DNA of 64,000 nucleotides from Alphaproteobacteria bacterium (lineage in GTDB: Bacteria > Pseudomonadota > Alphaproteobacteria > SHVZ01), in NCBI GenBank assembly GCA_016869285.1, contig VGEN01000003.1:150-64149 (forward strand). The letters are read 5' to 3'. The translations under genes were made by a program, and so were the position numbers. How positions within the stretch are numbered: the stretch's first letter is position 1; every line of letters starts with the position of its first letter. Below are positions 40,186 through 52,093 of this stretch, piece after piece. A model generated the notes under the pieces. It was not told the DNA's origin and did no database searches. It saw only the letters and a program-made list of their open reading frames with translations.

Positions 40186-40613
40186 AGGCCGTCCGCCGCC
40201 TTGTACGGGCCGAGGCGCATCCTTCCGCGCGCTTCGGTCCAGGCATGGATGGAAAGCTTACGGCAGGCATCGTCCACCTGCTCGAGCGTCCGGATTGAGA
40301 GGCGCTCGCGGGCGAAGTGCAGCTCGTAGCCGCTCTCGATGAGGTCGCGCATCACGCTGACCTGGATGTGCCCGCCGCGCCCGAACTGCAGCAGGCGGAG
40401 GACGATGATGCCGTCGATCCGCGACGACGCCTTGAGCCGTGCCAGGATAACCTCGTGCGTCGCCGCCGTGTAGCCGTCTTCGGTCAGGTAGAAGACGATC
40501 TGGCCGCCGAGCTGCTGGGCCATTGCGCTGTTGGCGAGATGCTGCAGCGGCTGCGGGATCTCGCGGATCGAGGCAACGTCGAGGCAGGAGTAGAATCTCT
40601 TAGGGGTACTCAC
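40182..40613 (-). CDS. Putative sporadic carbohydrate cluster protein (LIC12192-like)
   Basis: IPQPLQHL..., RIDGIIVLRLLQF and ELHFARE; overlaps the end of the 2OG oxygenase gene. GTG start at 40613 is inferred. Confidence 0.55.
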   Translation of the reverse strand: MSTPKRFYSCLDVASIREIPQPLQHLANSAMAQQLGGQIVFYLTEDGYTAATHEVILARLKASSRIDGIIVLRLLQFGRGGHIQVSVMRDLIESGYELHFARERLSIRTLEQVDDACRKLSIHAWTEARGRMRLGPYKAADGL

Positions 40614-41361
40614 GTTTCTCCAGCTCGAAGGCGACGTCCGAAAGCGGCGAGGTCCGCAGGATGTCGAAAAACTCCAGCAGTCCCTTGTCGCCATACGGCG
40701 AGAACAGGTTCTTGTAGCGGATGTTCAGCGCCCAGCGCGTCTCTTTCGTGACATTGACCCTGGCGCCATGCGCGATACCGGCCGCGAACAGGCAGGCGCT
40801 GCCGAACGGAACCTGTAGCTCTACTGCCGTCGCCTCGACCATCTGGCAGTAGGCTTCGTAACTACCGCCATTCTTCAGCGATGCGATCGCCGTCGCCGAG
40901 GTCTCAAGATCCGAGATGAACATGCTCTTGGTGCCGTATACATCGACCAGCGGCAGCCAGGTGACGACCTCGAAATGCGAATTGGCCGGCGCGTCGCGAT
41001 GCGTCATGACCTGATCCACATCGCCGGGCTGCTGCACGACGATGTTGACGACTTTCTGCGCAGCGACATCGGCCCCGACCATCTGGCTCAAGGTGTTCTC
41101 GAATGCCTTGAAGACGAGGCGATTGACCTTAAGCACTGCCGTGCAGTCCGAGACGAGCTTCGTGCGGAAGGCGTTGAGCTCGCCTCCGCGAACGCCACGC
41201 TCATGAAACTTGTTGAAGAATGCCTCGGCATCGTTGCCGTCGGCGCCGAGGATGGTTCGCGCCTGGGCGAAAATGTCTTGTCGCAGGGCCTCTAGCGCCG
41301 AGCGGTCGTCGGCCTCGAAAATGTCGAATCCGCGCCGACGAAATACGTCAAACTTGGCCAA
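40600..41361 (-). CDS. Sporadic carbohydrate cluster 2OG-Fe(II) oxygenase-like protein
   Basis: QKVVNIVVQQPGD, HRD (HxD), FEVVTWLPLVDVYGTKSM and HGARVN..ETRWALNIRYKNLFSPYGDKGL.EFF. Confidence 0.75.
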   Translation of the reverse strand: MAKFDVFRRRGFDIFEADDRSALEALRQDIFAQARTILGADGNDAEAFFNKFHERGVRGGELNAFRTKLVSDCTAVLKVNRLVFKAFENTLSQMVGADVAAQKVVNIVVQQPGDVDQVMTHRDAPANSHFEVVTWLPLVDVYGTKSMFISDLETSATAIASLKNGGSYEAYCQMVEATAVELQVPFGSACLFAAGIAHGARVNVTKETRWALNIRYKNLFSPYGDKGLLEFFDILRTSPLSDVAFELEKREYP

Positions 41362-41472
41362 TGGCGCTTCTCATCGTGGTCGGGATCATACGGTTGAGCC
41401 TGATTCGCTTCAACCGCCCTGTCCTTGCGACATGTAATCGCAGGCGCGACAGATAGAGTCGAGATGCGGGGC

Positions 41473-42117
41473 TCAGGCCGCGGGCTGCGGCGATTCCTGG
41501 AGCGCCAGGTCGAACATCGGCTGGAACGCCTCCGGCTCGTGCGCACCGGGTAGCGCGTACTTGCCGTCGAGGATGAAGCACGGCACGCCGGAGATTCCCA
41601 TCCGGTAGGCGAGCGACAGATCCTGCATGACCAGGTCGCGCCCCTGCTCTCCGGCGAGGAACCGCCGCGCCGGCTCTATCTCCAGCCCGGCCTCGCCGGC
41701 CAGCGAGGCCAAGGTATCCTGGTCGCCGATGTCGGCGCCTTCGCTGAAGTAGCCGACGAACAGCCGATCGAGCATGCGGTCCTGGGCGCCGCCGCCGGCA
41801 GCGTAGAGCATGAGGCGATGGGCCTCGGTCGTGTTCGGCGTCCGCTTGATCCGGTCGAAGCGGAAGTCGATGCCCTCGGCGACGCCTGCCTCGGCCACTC
41901 GCTGATAGATCTCCTCGGCGCGTCGTCCGCCGCCGAACTTCATGGCGACGTATTCGGCGCGGTCCATGCCGTCGCGCGGCAGGTCCGGATTGAGCTGGAA
42001 AGCCCGCCAGGCGACCTCGGCCGCGATGTCAGGGCGCTGCCCGAGCGCACGGGCGAAGCGGCGCTTGCCGATGTAGCACCAAGGACAGACGATGTCGGAG
42101 AAGATGTCGAAGCGCAT
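41473..42117 (-). CDS. DsbA family (FrnE-like) oxidoreductase
   Basis: DIFSDIVCPWCYIGKRR, FQLNPD, PNT..AHRL and GISGVPCF. Confidence 0.93.
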   Translation of the reverse strand: MRFDIFSDIVCPWCYIGKRRFARALGQRPDIAAEVAWRAFQLNPDLPRDGMDRAEYVAMKFGGGRRAEEIYQRVAEAGVAEGIDFRFDRIKRTPNTTEAHRLMLYAAGGGAQDRMLDRLFVGYFSEGADIGDQDTLASLAGEAGLEIEPARRFLAGEQGRDLVMQDLSLAYRMGISGVPCFILDGKYALPGAHEPEAFQPMFDLALQESPQPAA

Positions 42118-42194
42118 GGGCCAAGCCTAGCGTCCCAACCTGCCGCCGTCTCGTACCATCGCTTGACCGCCGCCGAGACCTCGCCAAGCATGCG

Positions 42195-43841
42195 GTGGTG
42201 ACCTCGATCTACGACCAGGGCCTGGGCCGGGTTGCCGCCAACCACATGGCGCTGACGCCTTTGAGCTTCCTCGACCGGGCGGCGGCGGTCTGGCCGGACA
42301 AGGTCGCTGTCATCCATGGCTCGGCGCGGACAAGCTACCGCGAATTCGGGCGGCGTTGCCGCCGGCTGGCGAGCGCGCTCAGCCGGCTGGGCATCGGCCC
42401 CGGCGACACGGTTTCGGTGCTGGCACCGAACATCCCGGCCCTGCTGGAGGCGCATTACGGCGTGCCGATGGCCGGTGCCGTGCTCAATGCGATCAACGCG
42501 CGGCTCGACGCCGCGACGGTCGGCTTCATCCTCCGGCACTCGGGCGCCAAGGCCTTTCTGGTCGACCGCGACTGCGCCGAGGCGGCGCGGGGCGCGCTGC
42601 AGGGCCTCGACCCGAAGCCGCTGGTGATCGACATCGCCGATCCGCTGGGACCGCCAAGCGGCGGCATAGGCGAGATGACCTACGAAGCGTTCCTTGCCTC
42701 GGGCGACGCGGATTTCGTCTGGCGCTGGCCCAAGGACGAGTGGCAGGCGATCGGCCTCAACTACACCTCGGGCACCACCGGCAACCCCAAGGGCGTCGTC
42801 GTCCATCACCGCGGCGCGTTCCTCAACGCCATAGGCAACGCCATCACCTTCGGCCTGGGGTCGGAGACCGTCTATCTTTGGACCCTGCCGATGTTCCACT
42901 GTAATGGCTGGTGCTACACCTGGGCGGTTGCCGCGGTCGGCGGCACGCATGTTTGCCTCAGGCGCGTCGACCCCGCCTTGATCTTTCCGGCGATCGCCGA
43001 GCATCGCGTTTCTCACCTCTGCGGCGCACCGATCGTGCTAACCATGCTGATCCACGCGCCCGAGGCGGTGAAGCGCCGTTTCGACCATGTCGTCGAGGTC
43101 GCGACCGGTGGCGCCGCGCCGCCCTCGGCGGTGATCGCAGCGACGTCTCGGATGGGCTTTCGCGTCACCCATCTCTACGGATTGACCGAGGTCTACGGTC
43201 CCTCGACGCTCTGCGCCTGGCAGGAAGACTGGGATGCGCTGGATGCCGACGCTCAGGCGGCGATGATGGCACGCCAGGGCGTCAACCTGTTGACCATGGC
43301 GGCGCAGGATGTCGTCGATCCGGCGACGATGGCGCCGGTGCCGGCCGACGGCACGACCATCGGCGAGCTCATGCTTCGCGGAAATACGGTGATGAAGGGC
43401 TATCTCAAGAACCGCGCCGCCAGCGACGAGGCCTTCCGCGGCGGCTGGTTCCACACCGGCGACCTCGGCGTGAAGCATCCCGACGGATATGTCGAAATCA
43501 AGGATCGCGCCAAGGACATCATCATCTCGGGAGGCGAGAACATCTCCTCGCTCGAGGTCGAGGAGGTGCTCTACCGCCACCCGCAGGTGATGGAGGCGGC
43601 GGTGGTGGCGCGACCGGATGCGAAATGGGGCGAGAGCCCCTGCGCCTTCATCACGCTGAAGCCCGGCGCGGCGCCGACGAGCGAGGGCGAGATCCTCGCC
43701 TTCTGCCGAGAGCGCATGGCGCGCTACAAGGTGCCGCGCACCGTGGTGTTCGGCGCGCTGCCGAAGACCTCGACCGGCAAGATCCAGAAGTTCCAGCTAC
43801 GCGAGCAGGCAAAGGGGCTCGGCGAAAGGCAGGAAACATGA
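42195..43841 (+). CDS. Acyl-CoA synthetase (AMP-forming)
   Basis: LTPLSFLDR, NYTSGTTGNPKGV, YGLTE, GWFHTGD and LPKTSTGKIQK. Confidence 0.93.
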   Translation: MVTSIYDQGLGRVAANHMALTPLSFLDRAAAVWPDKVAVIHGSARTSYREFGRRCRRLASALSRLGIGPGDTVSVLAPNIPALLEAHYGVPMAGAVLNAINARLDAATVGFILRHSGAKAFLVDRDCAEAARGALQGLDPKPLVIDIADPLGPPSGGIGEMTYEAFLASGDADFVWRWPKDEWQAIGLNYTSGTTGNPKGVVVHHRGAFLNAIGNAITFGLGSETVYLWTLPMFHCNGWCYTWAVAAVGGTHVCLRRVDPALIFPAIAEHRVSHLCGAPIVLTMLIHAPEAVKRRFDHVVEVATGGAAPPSAVIAATSRMGFRVTHLYGLTEVYGPSTLCAWQEDWDALDADAQAAMMARQGVNLLTMAAQDVVDPATMAPVPADGTTIGELMLRGNTVMKGYLKNRAASDEAFRGGWFHTGDLGVKHPDGYVEIKDRAKDIIISGGENISSLEVEEVLYRHPQVMEAAVVARPDAKWGESPCAFITLKPGAAPTSEGEILAFCRERMARYKVPRTVVFGALPKTSTGKIQKFQLREQAKGLGERQET

Positions 43842-44596
43842 CGGACTCGCTTGCCGGCCACACCGCGCTGGTCACCGGAGCGTCCTCCGGCCTCGGCCGC
43901 CACTTCGCAAGGCTGCTGGCGTCGCGCGGCGTCAAGGTCGCGATCGGCGCGCGACGGATGGACCGGCTGGTGACGCTGGCCGAGGAGATCCGCGCATCCG
44001 GCGGCGAGGCATTGCTGGTCGAGCTCGACGTCACCGACGAAGCCAGCGTCACGCAGGCGGTCGGGCAATCGGCCGATGCGCTCGGCGGCCTCGACATCCT
44101 GGTCAACAATGCCGGCATCGTCATCGCCAAGCCCGCTCTCGAAATGTCGATCGACGAGTGGGACGCGCAGATCGCCACAAACCTCCGCGGCGTCTTCCTG
44201 GTCGCGCGAACCGCCGCCCGGCGCATGGCGGAGCAGGGTGGCGGCAGCATCATCAACATCGCCTCGATCGCCGGTCTCCGCACCGGCGGCCATATCTCGG
44301 CCTATGCCGCGTCCAAGGCCGGGCTGATCCATCTGACGAGAAATCTCGCGATCGAGCTTGCGCGCAGCAATGTGCGGGTGAACGCGCTGGCACCCGGCTA
44401 TATCGAGACCGAGCTCAACGCCGAGTTCTTCGCCAGCAAGGCCGGCGAGGAGCTGATCAAGCGCATCCCGCAGCGTCGCCTCGGCAGGCCGGAGGACCTC
44501 GATGGACCGCTGCTGTTGCTCGCGTCCGATGCATCGCGCTACATGACCGGCGCCGTCCTCGTCGTCGACGGCGGCCATTCCGTCAATCCGCTCTGA
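43838..44596 (+). CDS. SDR family oxidoreductase
   Basis: Start MTDSLAG (ATGA overlap); TGASSGLG, NNAG and YAASK. Confidence 0.9.
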   Translation: MTDSLAGHTALVTGASSGLGRHFARLLASRGVKVAIGARRMDRLVTLAEEIRASGGEALLVELDVTDEASVTQAVGQSADALGGLDILVNNAGIVIAKPALEMSIDEWDAQIATNLRGVFLVARTAARRMAEQGGGSIINIASIAGLRTGGHISAYAASKAGLIHLTRNLAIELARSNVRVNALAPGYIETELNAEFFASKAGEELIKRIPQRRLGRPEDLDGPLLLLASDASRYMTGAVLVVDGGHSVNPL

Positions 44597-44607
44597 GGGA
44601 GACTTCG

Positions 44608-44952
44608 ATGATCGTCGATCACCGCACCTACACCCTGAAGCCCGGCGGGCTTCCCGAATACCTCGCCAAGTACGAGGAAATGGGGCTCAAGGTGCAGATC
44701 AAGCATCTCGGGCGGCTGGCGGGATACTACTTCACCGAGATCGGGCCCTTGAATCAGATCGTCCATATCTGGGCCTATGAGAGCCTGGCCGAGCGCGACG
44801 AGCGGCGGGCAAAGATGCAGGCCGACCCGGCCTGGCAGGCCTGGATCAAGGTCTCATCCCAGTACTTCGTCAACATGGAGAACAAAGTGATGAAGGAGGC
44901 GCCCTTCTTCCGGACCAAGTTCTCCGGGCCGGACGAGGTCGGCAAGCGCTAG
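44608..44952 (+). CDS. NIPSNAP family protein
   Basis: MIVDHRTYTLKPG and TEIGPLNQIVHIWAYESLAERDERR; GGAGA RBS. Confidence 0.9.
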   Translation: MIVDHRTYTLKPGGLPEYLAKYEEMGLKVQIKHLGRLAGYYFTEIGPLNQIVHIWAYESLAERDERRAKMQADPAWQAWIKVSSQYFVNMENKVMKEAPFFRTKFSGPDEVGKR

Positions 44953-46532
44953 CGCGACCTCGCGCGCTCGGCGATCTGGCGGACGGCGCGGACGGCAGAG
45001 ACCGCCGCGCCCTCCTGCCATCCCGGCAGGTAGCTCAAGTGCTCGCCGGCGAAGTGGAAGGGCCCGTCCGGCTCCTGCAGCGTCTTGTACTCGTCGTTCC
45101 GCTGGCTCGGTGCCCATTCCGCCCAGGCGCCCTCGCTCCATGGCACCTTCGCCCAGGCGACCGAGACCGGATGCTCGACCTCCTGGCCATATCCGGGATG
45201 CAGGAGCTCGCCCGAGCGGATCGCCGCCTCGGCGCGGAGGTCGGGCGGCAGCGCGCCGAAGGCCTCGCCGATGCGGTTGGTCCAGATATAGCCGCCGACG
45301 ATCACCCCGCGCTGCACATGGAAGTCGTGCGAGGGGTACCAGACCTGCGTGATGTCGCGGTTGGTCCAGGAGATGCCGCCATAGATGCCGTCATCCTCCT
45401 CCCAGAAGCGGCGCCTGGCCTGGAAGGCGATCTTCGCCGCCTTGACGTAGGCCGGAGCGTGGATGGCGCGGCGATGCGCCTCCGAGAAGTCCGAGTCGAT
45501 CGACTCCAGCACCTTGAGCGGCGCGGTAACCAGCACGAAGTCGGCCTCGACCGGCCGCTCGGTCCGGCGCGCGAGGTCGGTGACGACCAGCGTCGCACCC
45601 TTCCCGGTACGGCGGAGCTGGTTGACAACCGCGCGGTACTCGATGCGGCCGCGCAGGCGCTCGGCGAAGGCGGTGGCGATGCGGTCCATGCCGCCGACGG
45701 GTTCCAGCATCGGCGCCGCCTGGTGCAGGCTCTCGAAGAAGGGCAGCGTGAAGTAGGTGAACTGCGCGCCGAGAAGGTCCTTGAGCGGTAGCGGCGCCAG
45801 CGCCTCTCCCCAGCCGTCGGTACCGGGCGCATCCGTGTAGCCGGCGTTGGGCGAGCCGCGATAGAGGCGATCGCGGTCGAGATCGCCGAAGCCGCGCAGG
45901 AAGGTGATCAGGCGCTCGCGATCGCGGCCGTCCAGCTCCTGGTCGAGCGCGCCTTTCTGGATCGATTTGGCGAGAAGCTCGGCGACGGCGCCGCGGCTGT
46001 CGGAGACGGCCTGTCGGAAGGTGAGGCGCTTGCCGCCGAAGGCGCGGTCATGCTGGACGAAGGCGGCGCGGTTCTCATTGACCATGACCTGCAGTGGAAC
46101 GCCGAGCGCGCGGCAGTATCCGAGCAGCGTGCGATGCTGGTGCGAGATCCGCGCCGGTCCCGGATTGAAGTAGAGCGAGGGATCGGCGTCGAAGCCGCAG
46201 CGCTGGCCGAAATCGTTCTCCTCGACGCGGTCGCCGCCGCGGATCGTCCAGCAGCGTCCGCCCGGCCGCTCGCGCGCCTCGAGCACGCGCACCTCGTAGC
46301 CCGCCTTGTCGAGCTCATAGGCGGCGACGAGGCCGGCGATGCCCGCGCCGATGATGGCGACGCGCGTGCCCTTGCCGGAGCCCGGCGCCAGATCGACCGT
46401 CGCCGCCTGGGCCGGCGTCTCGATCAGGCCGAGCGCCGAAAGCGTCGCATAGGCGCCGGCGACGCCGCCGAGCCCGCCGGCGAAATGCACGAGCTGCCGG
46501 CGCGTCAGGCCACGCCGCGGATCCTTGACCAT
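44949..46532 (-). CDS. Flavin monoamine oxidase / L-amino acid oxidase family, Tat-exported
   Basis: TRRQL twin-arginine signal; GAGIAGL, LEARERPGGR, NPGPARI and FAGEH..WQEGA. Confidence 0.9.
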   Translation of the reverse strand: MVKDPRRGLTRRQLVHFAGGLGGVAGAYATLSALGLIETPAQAATVDLAPGSGKGTRVAIIGAGIAGLVAAYELDKAGYEVRVLEARERPGGRCWTIRGGDRVEENDFGQRCGFDADPSLYFNPGPARISHQHRTLLGYCRALGVPLQVMVNENRAAFVQHDRAFGGKRLTFRQAVSDSRGAVAELLAKSIQKGALDQELDGRDRERLITFLRGFGDLDRDRLYRGSPNAGYTDAPGTDGWGEALAPLPLKDLLGAQFTYFTLPFFESLHQAAPMLEPVGGMDRIATAFAERLRGRIEYRAVVNQLRRTGKGATLVVTDLARRTERPVEADFVLVTAPLKVLESIDSDFSEAHRRAIHAPAYVKAAKIAFQARRRFWEEDDGIYGGISWTNRDITQVWYPSHDFHVQRGVIVGGYIWTNRIGEAFGALPPDLRAEAAIRSGELLHPGYGQEVEHPVSVAWAKVPWSEGAWAEWAPSQRNDEYKTLQEPDGPFHFAGEHLSYLPGWQEGAAVSAVRAVRQIAERARSR

Positions 46533-46567
46533 GGCCCGACTCTCCGCCGCAAGGACGCGGCGGTCAA

Positions 46568-49423
<2,856 letters not shown>

Positions 49424-49440
49424 AGACGATCCCATAGCAA

Positions 49441-49455
49441 GAACATAAAGAGAAC
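49441..49455. promoter_or_regulatory. Alphaproteobacterial LexA (SOS) box GAAC-N7-GAAC
   Basis: GAACATAAAGAGAAC, 17 bp upstream of the inferred uvrA start. Confidence 0.85.
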
Positions 49456-49530
49456 GCAACCGCGGCGAGCGAAGGCTAGACCGGCACCATGTGGATATCT
49501 CGGCGCTCCATGGATCGGCCGGCGCGAACC

Positions 49531-49935
49531 TTACTCCGGCCGCAGCCAGTTCACGAGCGGAAGTCCGTCCACACGCGCGAACTCGCGATCATTGTCCGTG
49601 ACAAGCGTGAGTCCGAGCGCGAGAGCGTGGGCCGCGATGAACAGATCATTGGCGCCTATCATCATTCGACTCCGTTCGAGTCGCGCGCGTATCCGACCGT
49701 AGGCCGCATCCGCGGGTGGCTTGTAATCCAGGACGTCAAACCTCTTTAAGGCCGCCTCCACGCGCTCGCTGAGCTCACTTAGGTCTCTCTTCATGCTTCC
49801 GTAGCGAAGTTCGGAAGCGACGATGATGCTCGTGCATATCTCACCTTCGCCTACCTCGGCGATCCGAGCGGCGACAGTGCCTTGGGGCCGCCGGACGAGG
49901 TCCGAGACTATGTTCGTGTCGAGCAGATACCGCAT
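49531..49935 (-). CDS. vapC: Type II toxin VapC (PIN domain)
   Basis: [26 protein letters not shown] and LVTDNDREF. Confidence 0.95.
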   Translation of the reverse strand: MRYLLDTNIVSDLVRRPQGTVAARIAEVGEGEICTSIIVASELRYGSMKRDLSELSERVEAALKRFDVLDYKPPADAAYGRIRARLERSRMMIGANDLFIAAHALALGLTLVTDNDREFARVDGLPLVNWLRPE

Positions 49936-50168
49936 CAGATCTCGACGGGATCAGGAGGTAGATCCTCGATCTCCGGGAACTCTTCATCGAGCGGCTCGAG
50001 CGTAGCGAGCCACGCGAGCAGCGACTTGCGCGGCGCAGGCTCGATGATCAGCCGATCGCCTTCCTTGCGCATAATGGCATCCTCACCCGGCAGCTCGAAC
50101 TCCCGGGGGATGCGAACGGCCTGATTACGCCCGTTCTTGAACAACTTTACGTGTCGCTCTGGGAGCGT
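49935..50168 (-). CDS. vapB: Antitoxin VapB (AbrB/MazE-like)
   Basis: RHVKLFKNGRNQAVRIPREFEL; TGATG coupling to vapC. Start is ambiguous: ACG at 50168 after AGGAGG, or TTG at 50144. Confidence 0.9.
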   Translation of the reverse strand, partial: TLPERHVKLFKNGRNQAVRIPREFELPGEDAIMRKEGDRLIIEPAPRKSLLAWLATLEPLDEEFPEIEDLPPDPVEI

Positions 50169-50183
50169 AGCGGCCTCCTGTCA

Positions 50184-50200
50184 GCATATGCCAAAGCATA
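50184..50200. promoter_or_regulatory. Putative vapBC operator inverted repeats
   Basis: GCATATGC palindrome overlapping TATGC-CAAA-GCATA just upstream of the vapB RBS. Confidence 0.45.
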
Positions 50201-50234
50201 GGTCATGTAGGTGTCGTGGTCTAGCCGGTCAATC

Positions 50235-51074
50235 CTACCGCCGTCCCGTGCGCGGATTTGCGGCGTCGGTGAGGCCTTCGCCGACCAGGCTGACGGCGAG
50301 GACCGTCAGCAAAATCGCGAATCCCGGGATGGCGGACACATACCAGGCGCTGCGGAAGACGGCGCGGCCATTGGCGATCATCTGGCCCCAGGTCGCCACA
50401 TTCGGGTCGCTCAATCCGAGATAGGACAGCGCCGACTCGATCAGGATCGCCGCGGCGACGATGACGCTGCCGAGCACGATGATCGGCGCCAGCGCATTCG
50501 GCAGGATCTCGCGGAAGATGATGTAGCCGTGGCCGTTGCCGAGCACGCGAGAGGCCGCGACGAATTCGCGTTGCTTCAGGCTCAGGAACTCGGCGCGGGT
50601 GATGCGGGCAGGCCCGGTCCAGGAAACCAGCGCTATGGCGATCGCGACCGAGACCACGCCGGGGCCCATCACCGCGATCAGAGCGAGGGCCAGGATGAAG
50701 CCGGGAACGGTCTGGAAGGTTTCGGTCAGCCGCATCAGCGCCTCGTCGGTCCAGCCGCCGAAATATCCGGCAACGGCACCGACCAGGATGCCGATGAGGA
50801 TTGCCCCGCCGGCGGCGACCAGCCCGACGAACAGCGACGCCCGCGCGCCGTGTACAAGCCCGGCCAGCATGTCTCGGCCGAGCCGGTCGGTGCCGAGTGG
50901 AAAGCGCCAATACTCGAAGGGCTCCGTCAGCGGCCTCCCGACGATGTCGAGCGGATCGCCCGGGAAGAGCAGGGGTGCCACGATCGCCGCCAGCACGACG
51001 ACGCCGAGGATCGCGAGGCCCGCGAGCGCACCGCGGTTGGTGGCAAAGCGCTGTTTGAAGCCGCGCTCGTTCAT
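50235..51074 (-). CDS. Peptide/nickel ABC transporter permease (DppC-like)
   Basis: Start MNERGF; LGTDRLGRD, GARASL, REFVAASRVLG and GEGLTDAANPR. Confidence 0.92.
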   Translation of the reverse strand: MNERGFKQRFATNRGALAGLAILGVVVLAAIVAPLLFPGDPLDIVGRPLTEPFEYWRFPLGTDRLGRDMLAGLVHGARASLFVGLVAAGGAILIGILVGAVAGYFGGWTDEALMRLTETFQTVPGFILALALIAVMGPGVVSVAIAIALVSWTGPARITRAEFLSLKQREFVAASRVLGNGHGYIIFREILPNALAPIIVLGSVIVAAAILIESALSYLGLSDPNVATWGQMIANGRAVFRSAWYVSAIPGFAILLTVLAVSLVGEGLTDAANPRTGRR

Positions 51075-52093
51075 GCGCTCTCGATCCTGGGATCGAGCTG
51101 CGCATAGAGGAGATCGACGATCAAGTTGACCGTGATGACCAGCAGCGCGCTCATGAAGACGATGCCGAGCAGCGTGTTGAGATCGCGGCTGACGACGGAC
51201 TCGAAGGCAAGGCGTCCGATGCCGGGAATCGAGAACACGCTCTCGATGACGACGCTGCCGCCGAGCAGCGTGCCGAACTGAAGTCCCAGCATCGTCACCA
51301 TCGGCAGGATCGCATTCGGCAGGACGTGGCGATAGGCGATGCGGTCGTCGGTCAGTCCTTTGGCTTTGGCGGTGCGGATGAAGTCGAGGCCATAGACCTC
51401 GAGCATGCCGGCGCGCATCAGCCGCATGTAGATCGCGACATAGACGAGGGCAAGCGACAGCGTCGGCAGCACGAGATGGCGCGCAATATCGAGGACCCGC
51501 TCCCAGCCGGTCAGGGTGGAGGCGATGGTCTCGATGCCGGAAAGCGGCAGCCAGGCGAGCTTCACCGAGAAGATTACGATCAGCATGAGGCCGAGCCAGA
51601 ATCCCGGCGTCGCATAGACGATGAGGCCGAGCGTCACGATCGCCGTGTCTTCCGGCCGCCCCGCACGCCGCGCCGCGGCGACGCCGAGCGCGACGCCGAG
51701 GCCGAAGGCGAGGCTGACCGCGCTCAGCATCAGGAGCAGCGTGTTCGGCAGGCGCTCCAGGATCAGCGTCAGCACCGGCTGGCCATAGAGGACCGCCTGA
51801 CCGAGATCGAGCCGGATCGCCTTCCACAGATAGAGGCCGAGCTGGACGATCGCCGGTTGGTCGAGCCCGTATTCGGCGCGAAGTCGCGAAACCACGCCTA
51901 TATCGCCGCCGCCGACGGTGGCGATATAGGCGTCAACGGCGTCGCCCGGCGCGAGCTTCAGCAGCACGAAGTTGCCGACCAGGATCAGCAGGACGACCGG
52001 GAGCGCCTGCGCCAGCCTGCGGCGGATGAGGACGAAGGCGCGGCCGGCGAAGAAGTCGGCCGCGCGCCCGCCGCGGTCAGGCGAGGCTGACAT
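51071..52093 (-). CDS. Peptide/nickel ABC transporter permease (DppB-like)
   Basis: APGDAVD, DFIRTAKAKGL, IESVFSIPGIGRL and LDPRI. Confidence 0.92.
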   Translation of the reverse strand: MSASPDRGGRAADFFAGRAFVLIRRRLAQALPVVLLILVGNFVLLKLAPGDAVDAYIATVGGGDIGVVSRLRAEYGLDQPAIVQLGLYLWKAIRLDLGQAVLYGQPVLTLILERLPNTLLLMLSAVSLAFGLGVALGVAAARRAGRPEDTAIVTLGLIVYATPGFWLGLMLIVIFSVKLAWLPLSGIETIASTLTGWERVLDIARHLVLPTLSLALVYVAIYMRLMRAGMLEVYGLDFIRTAKAKGLTDDRIAYRHVLPNAILPMVTMLGLQFGTLLGGSVVIESVFSIPGIGRLAFESVVSRDLNTLLGIVFMSALLVITVNLIVDLLYAQLDPRIESA

